A stretch of 64,000 nt of DNA from Candidatus Harrisonbacteria bacterium. Its GTDB lineage: Bacteria > Patescibacteriota > Minisyncoccia > UBA6257 > 1-14-0-10-44-23. Below are positions 46,262 through 56,496 of the stretch, piece by piece. The DNA lies in the NCBI GenBank assembly GCA_023255625.1, contig JAHFLF010000001.1, forward strand, positions 185,766 through 249,765. The letters are read 5' to 3'. The position numbers and the translations under genes were made by a program. The first letter of the stretch is position 1; every line of letters begins with the position of its first letter. Under the pieces are notes generated by a model that saw only the letters and a program-made list of their open reading frames with translations, was not told the origin of the DNA and did no database searches.

Positions 46262-46645
46262 ATGCCAACTGATGAAAAGAAAAAAATCCTGCTTGCCGAG
46301 GATGATGAATTTCTCTCCACCTTGCTTAAAACCCGACTTGAACGCGAGGGCTTTGTAATCACGATCGTCAGAAGCGGCGATGAGGTCATCCCCACTCTGA
46401 AACTAGTGAAGCCGGATCTGATGTTGCTAGACATTATTTTGCCCGGAAAAAGCGGCCACGAAATTTTGGATAATCTGATCAAGGCAGAGACAAAAATTCC
46501 GCCCTTCATGGTTCTTTCCAATCTTGGCCAGGAAGAAGATATAAAAAGGGCGACACAATTCGGGGCTATTGAATATTTTGTAAAATCCCATACAGCGCTC
46601 GATGACCTGGTAAAGAAAATTGCGGAGTTTTTGAAAAAATCCTAA
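46262..46645 (+). CDS. single-domain response regulator
   Basis: ILLAEDD, LLDIILPG, LSNLGQ; upstream TGcTATAAT. Confidence 0.92.
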   Translation: MPTDEKKKILLAEDDEFLSTLLKTRLEREGFVITIVRSGDEVIPTLKLVKPDLMLLDIILPGKSGHEILDNLIKAETKIPPFMVLSNLGQEEDIKRATQFGAIEYFVKSHTALDDLVKKIAEFLKKS

Positions 46646-46812
46646 ATTGGGCTTGGATATAAGTTATCCACAAGCTGGGCAATCTACAGCGATTGGTATT
46701 TAGGGTATTATTATGTCAGTTGAAATGCGGTACTTATCTTGTTCGCTATTTAAAAAGCGCAAGAAGTTTCGTAATTATTAAAAATAGGTCTTAATTAAAA
46801 ACATTTATTTAT

Positions 46813-47418
46813 ATGCAGACGCAGAATAAAAAAGGGTTCACTTTGATCGAGTTGCTCATCGTGATCGGAATTCTCGCAGTTTTGGCCACTGTAACAGTCT
46901 TAGTCTTAAACCCGGCTGAACTCTTCCGGCAGGCCCGCGACAGTCAGCGACTCTCGGATTTGGGATCGCTGAAAGGTGCTCTGGCTCTTTATTTGACAAC
47001 TGCCAGCACTCCTGACCTTTCTGGAGGTACTTTCAGCTGTGCCACAAATTTTGGCGCGGACAAAGCTGCTCTTGCCTCAACCGCTTTTGCAGGTGGTGCG
47101 GCTTCAGCATATACACTCAAGACCAGCGCAGCTACAACCTCGATTACTGGCACCGGCTGGGTTCCGGTTGACTTCAATGGTATGAATGGCGGCTCTCCAT
47201 TATCTGTTTTGCCGCGCGATCCGAATGTTGGTGATGCAACCACCTACTACGCTTATGCCTGCAGCGAAATATCTGGGGCGACCAACTTGACATTTGAACT
47301 GAATGCCAAAATGGAGTCCACTCGTTACACAACCGCTCCTGACGATGTAATTACCACTGACGGTGGCAACCAGGCGGCTCGCTACGAAACCGGCACTTAT
47401 CCGGCTTTGGCCCTTTAA
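46813..47418 (+). CDS. type IV major pilin, copy 1
   Basis: KG/FTLIELLIVIGIL prepilin motif. Confidence 0.93.
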   Translation: MQTQNKKGFTLIELLIVIGILAVLATVTVLVLNPAELFRQARDSQRLSDLGSLKGALALYLTTASTPDLSGGTFSCATNFGADKAALASTAFAGGAASAYTLKTSAATTSITGTGWVPVDFNGMNGGSPLSVLPRDPNVGDATTYYAYACSEISGATNLTFELNAKMESTRYTTAPDDVITTDGGNQAARYETGTYPALAL

Positions 47419-47459
47419 ATCTGCTGATTTCCCTAATTAACGGTTATATTATCTAAATT

Positions 47460-48065
47460 ATGCAGACGCAGAATAAAAAAGGGTTCACTTTGATCGAGTT
47501 GCTCATCGTGATCGGAATTCTCGCAGTTTTGGCCACTGTAACAGTCTTAGTCTTAAACCCGGCTGAACTCTTCCGGCAGGCCCGCGACAGTCAGCGACTC
47601 TCGGATTTGGGATCGCTGAAAAGCGCCTTGGCTCTTTATTTAACCACTGCCAGCACTCCTGACCTCTCTGGCGGAACTTTTAGCTGCGCCACAAATTTTG
47701 GCTCTGACAAGGCCGCTTCTGCCGCCACGGCATTTGCAGGAGGTGCGGCTTCAGCATATACACTCAAGACCAGCTCTGGCACTTCTACGATCACTGGAAC
47801 TGGCTGGGTACCAGTCAACTTCAGCGGAATGACTGTTGGATCCCCTTTGTCTGTCCTGCCAACCGATCCGAATGTCAGTGATGCAACCACCTACTACGCT
47901 TATGCCTGCAGCGAAATATCTGGAGCGACCAATTTTACATTCGAACTGAATGCCAAGATGGAGTCTACCCGTTACACAACCGCTCCGGACGATGTAATTA
48001 CGACTGACGGTGGTAACCAGGCGTTGCGCTACGAGACAGGTACTTATCCGGCCTTGGCTCTGTAA
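47460..48065 (+). CDS. type IV major pilin, copy 2
   Basis: Tandem paralog; first 162 nt identical to copy 1. Confidence 0.93.
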   Translation: MQTQNKKGFTLIELLIVIGILAVLATVTVLVLNPAELFRQARDSQRLSDLGSLKSALALYLTTASTPDLSGGTFSCATNFGSDKAASAATAFAGGAASAYTLKTSSGTSTITGTGWVPVNFSGMTVGSPLSVLPTDPNVSDATTYYAYACSEISGATNFTFELNAKMESTRYTTAPDDVITTDGGNQALRYETGTYPALAL

Positions 48066-48073
48066 CATTTCGG

Positions 48074-48664
48074 ATGACGAAGTCCATTCTCGACATCGTC
48101 ACTCTGATACTGCTTTGTTCCCTAATGGGGGCGCACTACCTGCGTCCCCTTTTGGTTAAAAAACGCGCCGCATTAAATGCCGCCATCATTGGTTCGATTT
48201 TTCTTACTCTGTTTATTTTAATCGCAACTGACTACGGAAAAATATACTACAGCCCGCCGCCACTGCGTTATTTGCTACCCCCATATATTCCAGTCTCCTC
48301 ATATCTTTCCACTGTCTGGCTGCGAATTCTTGCGCCATACACATTTTCTTTAGTTCTTAGCTGCCTGGTTTATCTAATACTTACCCGAATAAAATTCTTT
48401 ACTGATCGGCTCTTTGAGCATGAAGCATTTTTTATCGCCACGGCAATCTTTTTAATGCGCCATCCTTACTGGATTGCTTATCTTCCGTCTCTGTTACTGT
48501 TAGGGGTCTTAGCTGGCTGCTACGGAACCATCCGGCATGGCAAAACATACCGTTTTTCCCTTTATCATCTCTGGCTGCCGAGCGCTATCTTGGCAGTACT
48601 GCTTTTTCCAATTTTGCAGACTATTCCTTTTTTTAATACGCTCGGCTTCCCGAATCTGTACTAG
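48074..48664 (+). CDS. membrane protein in the pilus locus (degenerate prepilin-peptidase-like)
   Basis: Multiple TM segments, YLLPPY motif, position between the pilins and pilB. Confidence 0.5.
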   Translation: MTKSILDIVTLILLCSLMGAHYLRPLLVKKRAALNAAIIGSIFLTLFILIATDYGKIYYSPPPLRYLLPPYIPVSSYLSTVWLRILAPYTFSLVLSCLVYLILTRIKFFTDRLFEHEAFFIATAIFLMRHPYWIAYLPSLLLLGVLAGCYGTIRHGKTYRFSLYHLWLPSAILAVLLFPILQTIPFFNTLGFPNLY

Positions 48665-48784
48665 GATAAAGGGATTAGAGGGATTAGCCGTGGTATACTT
48701 TCAAAAAGCCGTTCTTTAATCTATAGCGCTAGAAGCTTCTAGCAACTTCTAGCCGCTTCTATCACATCTAATCCCTCTATCCCC
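48661..48784. repeat. family E decamer inverted repeat (TAGAAGC/GCTTCTA)
   Basis: ggattagagggattag ... ctagaagcttctagcaacttctagccgcttctatcacatctaatcc. Confidence 0.7.
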
Positions 48785-50494
48785 ATGGTTGAACTCCCGC
48801 TAGAAAGACTGAAAAAAATACTCATCGAAGATGGCATCGTCACCGATGCGCGCTTTGAAGAATTAGTCGGAGACTCGATGCGAATCGGCCAGGGAGTTGC
48901 GTCGCTACTCATCAGTAAAAATATAATTACTGATGAGTACTACATGAACCTGCTTTCCAGGTTTTATGGCGTACCGATAGCCACGCTAGACCCGGGCAGC
49001 GCCAACGAAGAGTCATTAAGGATGCTCACTGAAGATTTTGCCAGAGAGAAAAAGGTGGCTATTTTCAAGAAAGAGCCAAATGGCTCGCTGGATGTAGCAA
49101 TGGAGGACCCGAGCGACCTGACCACTATTGAATATCTGCAGACTAAATTCCAGCAAAAAGTAATCCCCTTCCTGGTCTCCTCGGCCAGTCTGGCCAGAAT
49201 CTTTGCCTTTTACGGCAAAGAGCAGGTTGAAGGATTTCGAAAAATAATTCAAGACAATATCGGTGCCTCGCTGCAATTAACGGGCAAGAAAGCGGCCGAG
49301 GCGGCCGTTCAGGTGCCAATTATTGCGATTACCGACAATATCATCTCTTATGCTGTCTCTCTGCGCGCTTCAGACATTCACATTGAAGCCCTGGAAAGAG
49401 AAATTCTGATCCGATACCGCGTTGACGGAATTTTACACGAAATAATCCGTATCCAAAAAGAAATCCATCCGGCCATTGTTGCCCGTTTTAAAATTCTCGC
49501 GGGTATGAAACTAGACGAGCACACGAATCCGCAGGACGGAAGATTCCGCTACAAGATTGGCACAGAAAATGTCGACATCCGTGTTTCCATTCTCCCGACC
49601 TTATACGGCGAAAAGGTTGAGTTGCGTTTGCTGACCAGCGCCGGGCACATTCTTTCCTTCGAAGAACTGGGAATGTCGCCGGAGATCATTAAGTCGCTCA
49701 CTGATAATGTTACAAAAAGTTACGGAATCGTCCTTGTTACGGGGCCAACCGGATCCGGTAAAAGCACCACATTGTATTCAATCTTGAATCTAATCAATCG
49801 GCCGGAGGTAAATGTTATTACGGTTGAAGACCCTGTCGAATATGATATTAAATATGTTAATCAAACCCAGATCAACGAGCAGGCCGGCACCACCTTCGCC
49901 TCGGCGCTGCGGGCAATTTTGCGGCAAGACCCAAATGTCATCATGGTTGGTGAAATCCGAGACGAAGAAACCGCCGAGATCTCTGTGCATGCGGCTCTGA
50001 CCGGCCACATGGTTCTCTCTTCGCTACACACCAACGATGCGCCGACAGCAATCCCCCGCATGTTCGATATGCATGTCGCTCCATTTCTCCTTTCTGCTGT
50101 CTTAAACGCAGTCCTCGCCCAACGACTCGTACGCAGAATTTGCTATGACTGCTTGTATTCATACCCAACCCCGATTGAAATCAAAAGAGTGATTGAGGGA
50201 GAGATAAAAGATTTGGGACTAGCCCTTGATGTACAAGTCCCAAAAACTCTTTTTAAGGGCAAAGGATGCCCAAATTGCGGACACACCGGCTATCGTGGTC
50301 GAATGGGTATTTACGAACTCTTAAAAATTACCGAAGAATTACGAACTTATATTGTCGGCGACAACTTTACGCTAGAAAAACTTCGGCAACTGGCCCGTTC
50401 CGGCGGCATGCAAACCATGTTCGAAGATGGTCTGCTCAAAGCCGGGCAGGGTAAAACAACGATTGAGGAGGTGCTTCGCGTGATTCGTGAATAA
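48785..50494 (+). CDS. pilB: type IV pilus assembly ATPase PilB/GspE
   Basis: ASDIHIE, GPTGSGKST, LRQDPN, CxxC...CxxC, GYRGR. Confidence 0.95.
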   Translation: MVELPLERLKKILIEDGIVTDARFEELVGDSMRIGQGVASLLISKNIITDEYYMNLLSRFYGVPIATLDPGSANEESLRMLTEDFAREKKVAIFKKEPNGSLDVAMEDPSDLTTIEYLQTKFQQKVIPFLVSSASLARIFAFYGKEQVEGFRKIIQDNIGASLQLTGKKAAEAAVQVPIIAITDNIISYAVSLRASDIHIEALEREILIRYRVDGILHEIIRIQKEIHPAIVARFKILAGMKLDEHTNPQDGRFRYKIGTENVDIRVSILPTLYGEKVELRLLTSAGHILSFEELGMSPEIIKSLTDNVTKSYGIVLVTGPTGSGKSTTLYSILNLINRPEVNVITVEDPVEYDIKYVNQTQINEQAGTTFASALRAILRQDPNVIMVGEIRDEETAEISVHAALTGHMVLSSLHTNDAPTAIPRMFDMHVAPFLLSAVLNAVLAQRLVRRICYDCLYSYPTPIEIKRVIEGEIKDLGLALDVQVPKTLFKGKGCPNCGHTGYRGRMGIYELLKITEELRTYIVGDNFTLEKLRQLARSGGMQTMFEDGLLKAGQGKTTIEEVLRVIRE

Positions 50495-50501
50495 TCGAGA
50501 G

Positions 50502-50610
50502 CTACGAATAACGAATCATTTCGCGAAAGTACGAATTGACTACTTGAATTATCTGATATACTTAGCAGTAGGTTTTGTTCGTACTTTCGTAAAACATTCG
50601 TAATTCGTAG
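50502..50610. repeat. family F inverted repeat (TACGAA...TTCGTA)
   Basis: ctacgaataacgaatcatttcgcgaaagtacgaa ... ttcgtactttcgtaaaacattcgtaattcgtag. Confidence 0.8.
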
Positions 50611-50614
50611 ATCT

Positions 50615-51826
50615 ATGCTATTCCACTACACTGCCACTACAGCCGATAACCACACTATCGAAGGCAACCAGGAGGCGCAAAGCACCGCCGAACTGCTCGC
50701 ACTTCTATCCAGCCGCAACCTGAAACCAATTACCGTCAAACAGGTAAAAGAGGCGGAGCGGCGCAGCAATCACAGTGGGCTTTTGCATACTGCTATCACG
50801 GTCAACGATAAAATCTTTTTGACAAAATACCTGTCGATCATGCTCAAGGTCGGCATTGATCTTTTCCAGGCGATCAATATTTTGATTAGCGATTTTAAAC
50901 AACCCGGACTGCGCGCGTTACTGACTGAAACCAGAGAGAGCTTGGAGGCCGGCCGACCTTTCTATAGCACCTTTGCAAATTATCCCCGGTACTTTTCAAA
51001 TGTCTTCGTAAACTTAGTTAAAGCCGGAGAGGCCTCCGGAAATTTGGACAATGTCTTTGACACGCTCTCATTAAACTTCGCCAAAGAAAAAGAACTCCGG
51101 GGTAAAATCCGGGCCGCGCTAGTTTATCCAATGATGCTTTTCGCTCTCTCTATCTTGATTCTTTTAGGACTTGTAACTTTCGCACTGCCTAAACTGGCCA
51201 ATGTGTTTACCGGTAGCGGTTTTAACCCTCCGGCATTTAGTCGAATTGTTTTCGGCGTCGGCGGATTTGTTAATTCTTATATCTGGGTGATTTTGGGCGG
51301 GGGTATCTTAATCGTCATCGGTCTCATCGTTGCCAGTCGCACATCCTCTGGACTAGCCATGCTGAATCGCATACTGCTCGCAACGCCAATCATCAAAAAT
51401 ATAAAATACAATTTGGCGATTCAAAGGTTTGCCAGCACTCTTTCTTCGCTTCTAAAAGCCGGCGTGCCGATTCTCGAGGCGCTGCGGATTACTGCGGATA
51501 CAGTCGGACATCCGGACTTGCAAGCAAGTTTAGAGCGGATTGCAAATCAGGGACTGGCGCACGGCTTAACGCTGGGCGATGCATTCCGTAGGGAAACCTC
51601 TTTTCCGGCCGTTGTTACCAACCTGGTTGCCATCTCTGAAAAAGCCGGCCACCTGGATGAAATTTTAGAAACTCTCTCTCGTTTCTATGAAAGCGAAATT
51701 GATTCTGCAATTAAAAACTCGATAACTTTTATCGAGCCAATCCTGCTGCTCATCATTGGTGTCGTAATTGGAACAATCGCCCTCGCCATCATCGTGCCAA
51801 TCTATCAGCTCGTCGGCAAGTTCTAA
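50615..51826 (+). CDS. pilC: type IV pilus platform protein PilC/GspF
   Basis: AGEASGNL, ALVYP, EKAGHLD, IEP. Confidence 0.94.
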   Translation: MLFHYTATTADNHTIEGNQEAQSTAELLALLSSRNLKPITVKQVKEAERRSNHSGLLHTAITVNDKIFLTKYLSIMLKVGIDLFQAINILISDFKQPGLRALLTETRESLEAGRPFYSTFANYPRYFSNVFVNLVKAGEASGNLDNVFDTLSLNFAKEKELRGKIRAALVYPMMLFALSILILLGLVTFALPKLANVFTGSGFNPPAFSRIVFGVGGFVNSYIWVILGGGILIVIGLIVASRTSSGLAMLNRILLATPIIKNIKYNLAIQRFASTLSSLLKAGVPILEALRITADTVGHPDLQASLERIANQGLAHGLTLGDAFRRETSFPAVVTNLVAISEKAGHLDEILETLSRFYESEIDSAIKNSITFIEPILLLIIGVVIGTIALAIIVPIYQLVGKF

Positions 51827-51840
51827 CCGTATTCGCCAAC

Positions 51841-52407
51841 ATGCGAGTTCAAACCGAGACACTAAAAAAACGACATTGTTTTTATTCGCGTATTTGCGTA
51901 AATTCGCATGTTCGCGATTACTGCCGAGGATTCAGTCTAATCGAGATGCTGATCGTCATCGGCATCATCGCAATAGTTGGAACCGGCGGTGCGCTATACC
52001 TGGGCAATAATGATCCGGGCATTCGGCTTGAGAGAACAACCAGCCGAGTTGTAACTTTTATTCGAAATGCCCAGCAAAAGGCAACAAATCAGGAAGAAAA
52101 TGTTCGCTGGGGCGTCTATGTTGATAACCTGGACTCAAGCCAGCCGACATTGTCCATTTTCAAAGTTGTTGAAGAACTTGCTGCTGATCCTGACCACGAC
52201 GGAATTGATGGACTCTCGATGGAGCGGATCATCCTCTCCGGCAACCTACAGCTGCTGACACCTGCGAGCGGAACATCTTCAGATATTCTTTTTGCAAAAG
52301 GAACTGGTCTGCCGGAAACCCCAAGAACAATTGTGATTGCAACTGCTGACAGCCAAATCCAAAAAACAATCAGTATTGACGGAAACGGCCGCATCGACAG
52401 CCAATAA
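51841..52407 (+). CDS. minor pilin (FimT/GspH-like) with repeat-derived leader
   Basis: RG/FSLIEMLIVIGII; start uncertain because the leader is built from a family D repeat. Confidence 0.85.
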   Translation: MRVQTETLKKRHCFYSRICVNSHVRDYCRGFSLIEMLIVIGIIAIVGTGGALYLGNNDPGIRLERTTSRVVTFIRNAQQKATNQEENVRWGVYVDNLDSSQPTLSIFKVVEELAADPDHDGIDGLSMERIILSGNLQLLTPASGTSSDILFAKGTGLPETPRTIVIATADSQIQKTISIDGNGRIDSQ

Positions 52408-52446
52408 TAACTCCCGACTTGCCAAGCTATAGGGTATACTTATGCC

Positions 52447-53958
52447 ATGGACCGCTTCTCTCATCGTGGTCAATCGCTTATTGAACTGGTCGTTGCCATC
52501 GGCATCGGCATTCTTTTAATTGTTGGCGCTATAGGCGCGCTCACTGTTTCATTACGGCTGGAGAGCCAGAGCTCTCACAGCCAGCCGGCTCTGGAACTCG
52601 CCGGTGAACTATCGCAGCGGCTGCACACTATCGCAAATAATGACTGGCATGCCCTGGATGGAATTGCAACCAGCAGCCAATCAGTAACCAATCAATATAA
52701 AATCTCGACCACCACCACTTTTTATGCGATTGCGCCCGGCTACACTAATGTAACCCTAAATGCGATCACCTATCGGCAATATTTCCTGCTAGAAGATGTA
52801 TTTCGAGATGCCAGCGATAGCTTGGTGAGCTCGGGCGGAATTTTCGATCCCTCAACTCGCAAAGTAACCCTCGTAGCAGAGTGGGACGAGTATGGCCAAA
52901 CGAGCGATGTCCGCTTTGTCTCGTATCTTACCAGAATTCGTAATCGCCTTTGGACGCAGACTAACTGGGCGGGCGGCCCTGGCTTAAACGGCCCCAGCCC
53001 CAACCCAGGCCCGAATTTCGCCAGCGAAACCAATATTAAATATGATTCTGCGGGTGAGATAACAATCAACGATTTAACTGCAAATCTGGCCGCCACTAGT
53101 GGCAACGGCATTGACCCTGTCTATCGCTATGCCCGCAATGATGTTATCGGTTGGCTAGACTTCGGCGCCTACAACAATGTAACTTTTGCGCCAAATTCCT
53201 CGGCAACATACTATGGCTCAAGTTCAGTTGGTTATATTGCCCTCGACTGCGCCACATCTCCCGGGGGCAACATTTGTGAAATCTCACCCTTTGGCGTTAA
53301 AGAAAATGGTAGTGGAATTCTTTCCGGATTTGGCTGGAATGATACAATCGGCTGGATCAGCTTCAATTGTGATCACACCGGAGATGTTATCAGCCAAAAC
53401 AACTGCGCGAGTCAGGGTGGCTTTGACTATAATGTCAGCATTGACCAGACAACCGGATTTTTCTATGGCTGGGCCTGGAACGATGCAGTGGGCTGGATCA
53501 GCTTCAATTGCGATCATAAGACCGACGGTACCTTACAACCGGAAAATCTGAACATTTGCTCGACTAGCCGTGGCGGAACCAATCAATCTGATTATGCCGT
53601 AAAAACCGGCGCCTCTACTGTTTCAACTGCCAATCTTGTCTCAACGATTTTAGATACAACTAGAGCGCCCGGTGTCTCAATAAATTCCTTGACTTGGAAT
53701 GGCACTCAACCGGTGGGTACAAATGTCCTATTCCAGATAGCCACCGGCAATGATGCGGGGAATATGCCAGGATTTGTCGGCCCGGATGGAACGGCCAATA
53801 CCTTTTACCGGCCAATCGCCCCCGGACTCCTAATGAAAATTAATAAAGCAAATCATCCGGACGCACAATATTTGCGCTACATGATCTTTCTTGAATCAGA
53901 CCCTTCGCAAACCAATGCGCCGACGGTTCAAGATATACAAATAAACTATACGCTCTGA
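52447..53958 (+). CDS. large minor pilin with GWAWN..GWISF repeats
   Basis: RGQSLIELVVAIGI; three ND.IGW repeats. Confidence 0.85.
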   Translation: MDRFSHRGQSLIELVVAIGIGILLIVGAIGALTVSLRLESQSSHSQPALELAGELSQRLHTIANNDWHALDGIATSSQSVTNQYKISTTTTFYAIAPGYTNVTLNAITYRQYFLLEDVFRDASDSLVSSGGIFDPSTRKVTLVAEWDEYGQTSDVRFVSYLTRIRNRLWTQTNWAGGPGLNGPSPNPGPNFASETNIKYDSAGEITINDLTANLAATSGNGIDPVYRYARNDVIGWLDFGAYNNVTFAPNSSATYYGSSSVGYIALDCATSPGGNICEISPFGVKENGSGILSGFGWNDTIGWISFNCDHTGDVISQNNCASQGGFDYNVSIDQTTGFFYGWAWNDAVGWISFNCDHKTDGTLQPENLNICSTSRGGTNQSDYAVKTGASTVSTANLVSTILDTTRAPGVSINSLTWNGTQPVGTNVLFQIATGNDAGNMPGFVGPDGTANTFYRPIAPGLLMKINKANHPDAQYLRYMIFLESDPSQTNAPTVQDIQINYTL

Positions 53959-54434
53959 TGAAAACTATAAACTGTAAACTGAAAACTACAAATTCTGTGC
54001 GCCGCAGGCGAACCACCGGCATTGCAGCACTGCCGGTCATGCTGCTGCTTGGTGGTATCATTATCGAAGCGGCCATCGCTGGGGCCTTTATCCTCTACTA
54101 TGTGAACAGCGGCGTCTACGGCACAAAATTAGCCACCCAATCTTCGATCTTGGCCCACGCAGCCGTGGACGATGCTATTTTCCGAATAATATTAAATCCA
54201 AATTGTGGCAACGATACCAGCTGCCTGGGCACCGGAACACCTTTTACATTTACTGCCGGCGGTGGCAATGCGCAGGTTACGATCGAAAAAGATACGCCGT
54301 CTAGCGGATTGACCCAAATTACCGCCACCGCAGAAACATTGGGCAAAGAGCACCGAGTTGTTGCAATCGTTACAACCAGCAGCACGGCGCCACTGGTAAC
54401 GATTCGTTCAATCATCGATCAACCAGAACAATGA
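53958..54434 (+). CDS. PilX-like minor pilin
   Basis: GIAALPVMLLLG hydrophobic helix; leader MKTINCKLKTTNS is a heptamer repeat. Confidence 0.7.
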   Translation: MKTINCKLKTTNSVRRRRTTGIAALPVMLLLGGIIIEAAIAGAFILYYVNSGVYGTKLATQSSILAHAAVDDAIFRIILNPNCGNDTSCLGTGTPFTFTAGGGNAQVTIEKDTPSSGLTQITATAETLGKEHRVVAIVTTSSTAPLVTIRSIIDQPEQ

Positions 54435-55972
54435 GCACTCAACCTTCAAAATTGGTCAACTGGCTCTCAAGATTGCGCACCATCTTAACCGCGCCGACTC
54501 CCATCGGCGGGCTGGAAATTTCAACTACCTCGCTCAAATACCTGCTGCTGCGTAATAATTCAATCGTCCAGGCATCGCTCCGATTGCCGCCGGGTATCAT
54601 TGAGGCCGGAAAAATTAAAAATACGCTCCTTCTTGAGCAGGCCCTAAGAGATCTGCATGCGCAAATTTTACCTCTTTCAAAACCAATCAGCGTTGTCCTT
54701 TGCCTTCCCCAAAGTACGACATATACTCAAGCATTCACGGTTCCGATAATTGCCAGCGGCCAGATGGTAGAATCCGTCATGCTCAATTTGCAGATGATCT
54801 CTCCGACTAATATCGAGGATTCTTTTTATGATTATCAGGAGGTTCAGGAGCGCAGTGATACCGGACAATTTGAACTGCTCGGTGCTTTCGCGCAAAAATC
54901 GGTAGTCCAGGAATATGCAAACGCGCTGAAAAATGCCAACTTTATACCGGTTGTTGTCTGCTTCCCGGCGCTGGCAATCGCCCGACTGATTCGTCTCCGT
55001 TGGGGCGGCCTGGCCACGACCGAGGATTATCTGGTTTTGTATGTAAGCAGCGAAGGAGTTTTAACTTTGATTTTGAAAAATGGAAACCTTAGCTTTGACC
55101 GGTTCACCCCCTGGCACGAAATCACTAAAGAAGGTTCGGTGGAATCCCTGACATTTTCACAAATCAAAGAATTCATCGCTGAAGACATGCGTCGGGTTTT
55201 AAACTTTTATCTGGGCCGAACCGGCAAACAGCTCACAAATGCAATTTTAATTTCACCCGTCTTTAATTATGAACTGATTACCCTTCTGCAGGAGCGGCTC
55301 AATATTACCCTACACAACCTAGCAATCGCCGAGCTACCAAAACTCCAACCGAGTTGGTTCTCGGTGCTCGGATCAGCCACCCGAGGGTCAATGCCCAGAA
55401 GTAAAGACACGGAAATCAGTCTGACTCCGGAAAACTCGCAAACCGAATATCTGGAACAGCGTATCGTAGACTTTATCAAGCTCTGGCGCAATATTATTGC
55501 CAGCACTCTCGTTTTCGTATTAGCCGCTTTCACATTCACCAATATTATCTTTGATCGGCAACAAAATTATCTGGAGCGCCGGCTGCAAACCGAGTTCAAT
55601 ACTCCGGCTCTGACCGGCAATACCGCCGTTCAGGAAAAAATCCAAAATTTTAATCAGCAAGTCGATATCATCAGTCAAACGCAGCAGAGTGAAAATAACT
55701 TAACGCCGCTTCTGGAAATTATGCAGAAAACTGCCGGCAAAGATATTGTGATTAAAAAAATGTCTGTTGACCCCAACTTGAACTTCATCATAAACGGCAA
55801 TGCCAAGGCAGACGATCTGGCTTTTGCCTTTCTTAACCGCATACTCAATCTATCATTTGTACAATCCGCTGATCTACCGATCAAAAAAGTGGTCAGCGTA
55901 GGAGAAAACAGTGTTTTCTTTGATGATCTGCGCGGCGTATTTAAAGAAATGCCGACTGGAACTATCAAATAA
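54431..55972 (+). CDS. PilM-PilN-like fusion protein
   Basis: GLEIS..SLKY, LPPGII..G.I, TM followed by a PilN-like C-terminus. Confidence 0.75.
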   Translation: MSTQPSKLVNWLSRLRTILTAPTPIGGLEISTTSLKYLLLRNNSIVQASLRLPPGIIEAGKIKNTLLLEQALRDLHAQILPLSKPISVVLCLPQSTTYTQAFTVPIIASGQMVESVMLNLQMISPTNIEDSFYDYQEVQERSDTGQFELLGAFAQKSVVQEYANALKNANFIPVVVCFPALAIARLIRLRWGGLATTEDYLVLYVSSEGVLTLILKNGNLSFDRFTPWHEITKEGSVESLTFSQIKEFIAEDMRRVLNFYLGRTGKQLTNAILISPVFNYELITLLQERLNITLHNLAIAELPKLQPSWFSVLGSATRGSMPRSKDTEISLTPENSQTEYLEQRIVDFIKLWRNIIASTLVFVLAAFTFTNIIFDRQQNYLERRLQTEFNTPALTGNTAVQEKIQNFNQQVDIISQTQQSENNLTPLLEIMQKTAGKDIVIKKMSVDPNLNFIINGNAKADDLAFAFLNRILNLSFVQSADLPIKKVVSVGENSVFFDDLRGVFKEMPTGTIK

Positions 55973-56447
55973 TTTGTATTTCTTTCCACGCCCGCTGCGC
56001 TACAGCAACAAACTGCTGTTCATCCTGCGCGTTCCACTGTTTGAGCACAAAATCTCCGGATTTCGCGCGAACCGCTTCATTGGGATTACGGATACCTACG
56101 CGTAAACGCAAAAAGCCCTCTGTGCCAAAATGGCTGACTAGACTCTCAATTCCTTTATGACCGGCGCTACCGCCGCCTTTAACTAATTTATACGAACCGA
56201 CCGGCAAATCACTATCATCATGCACTACAACTGCGTCGTCTAAAGATAAGTTGTGATACTTGAGCCAGCTCTTAGCCACTGCTCCGGACTCATTCATAAA
56301 TCCTACTGGCTCATACAACTGAATCTGCCCTGCCCCCTCCTCTGCAACCAGCCGGGCAATAACTGCGGACACAAAAACGCCGACATTGTGATATGTCTTT
56401 TTGTACTCTTCGCCCATATTTCCCAGCGCAATTAGTGCTTTAATCAT
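55965..56447 (-). CDS. pth: peptidyl-tRNA hydrolase
   Basis: LGN.G.EY..T.HNVG, FMNESG, HDD.D, AGHKG, RLRVGI. Confidence 0.93.
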   Translation of the reverse strand: MIKALIALGNMGEEYKKTYHNVGVFVSAVIARLVAEEGAGQIQLYEPVGFMNESGAVAKSWLKYHNLSLDDAVVVHDDSDLPVGSYKLVKGGGSAGHKGIESLVSHFGTEGFLRLRVGIRNPNEAVRAKSGDFVLKQWNAQDEQQFVAVAQRAWKEIQII

Positions 56448-56496
56448 TTTGCTTGTTTGTTCCATCATATTATAGTACAATCTTACGCATTAGCGT

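Noticed and set aside
39772-46672. DnaA boxes (39772-39780, 46664-46672) as a replication origin
   Set aside because: They are isolated single boxes about 7 kb apart, with no cluster, unwinding element or dnaA nearby; at most promoter-associated sites.
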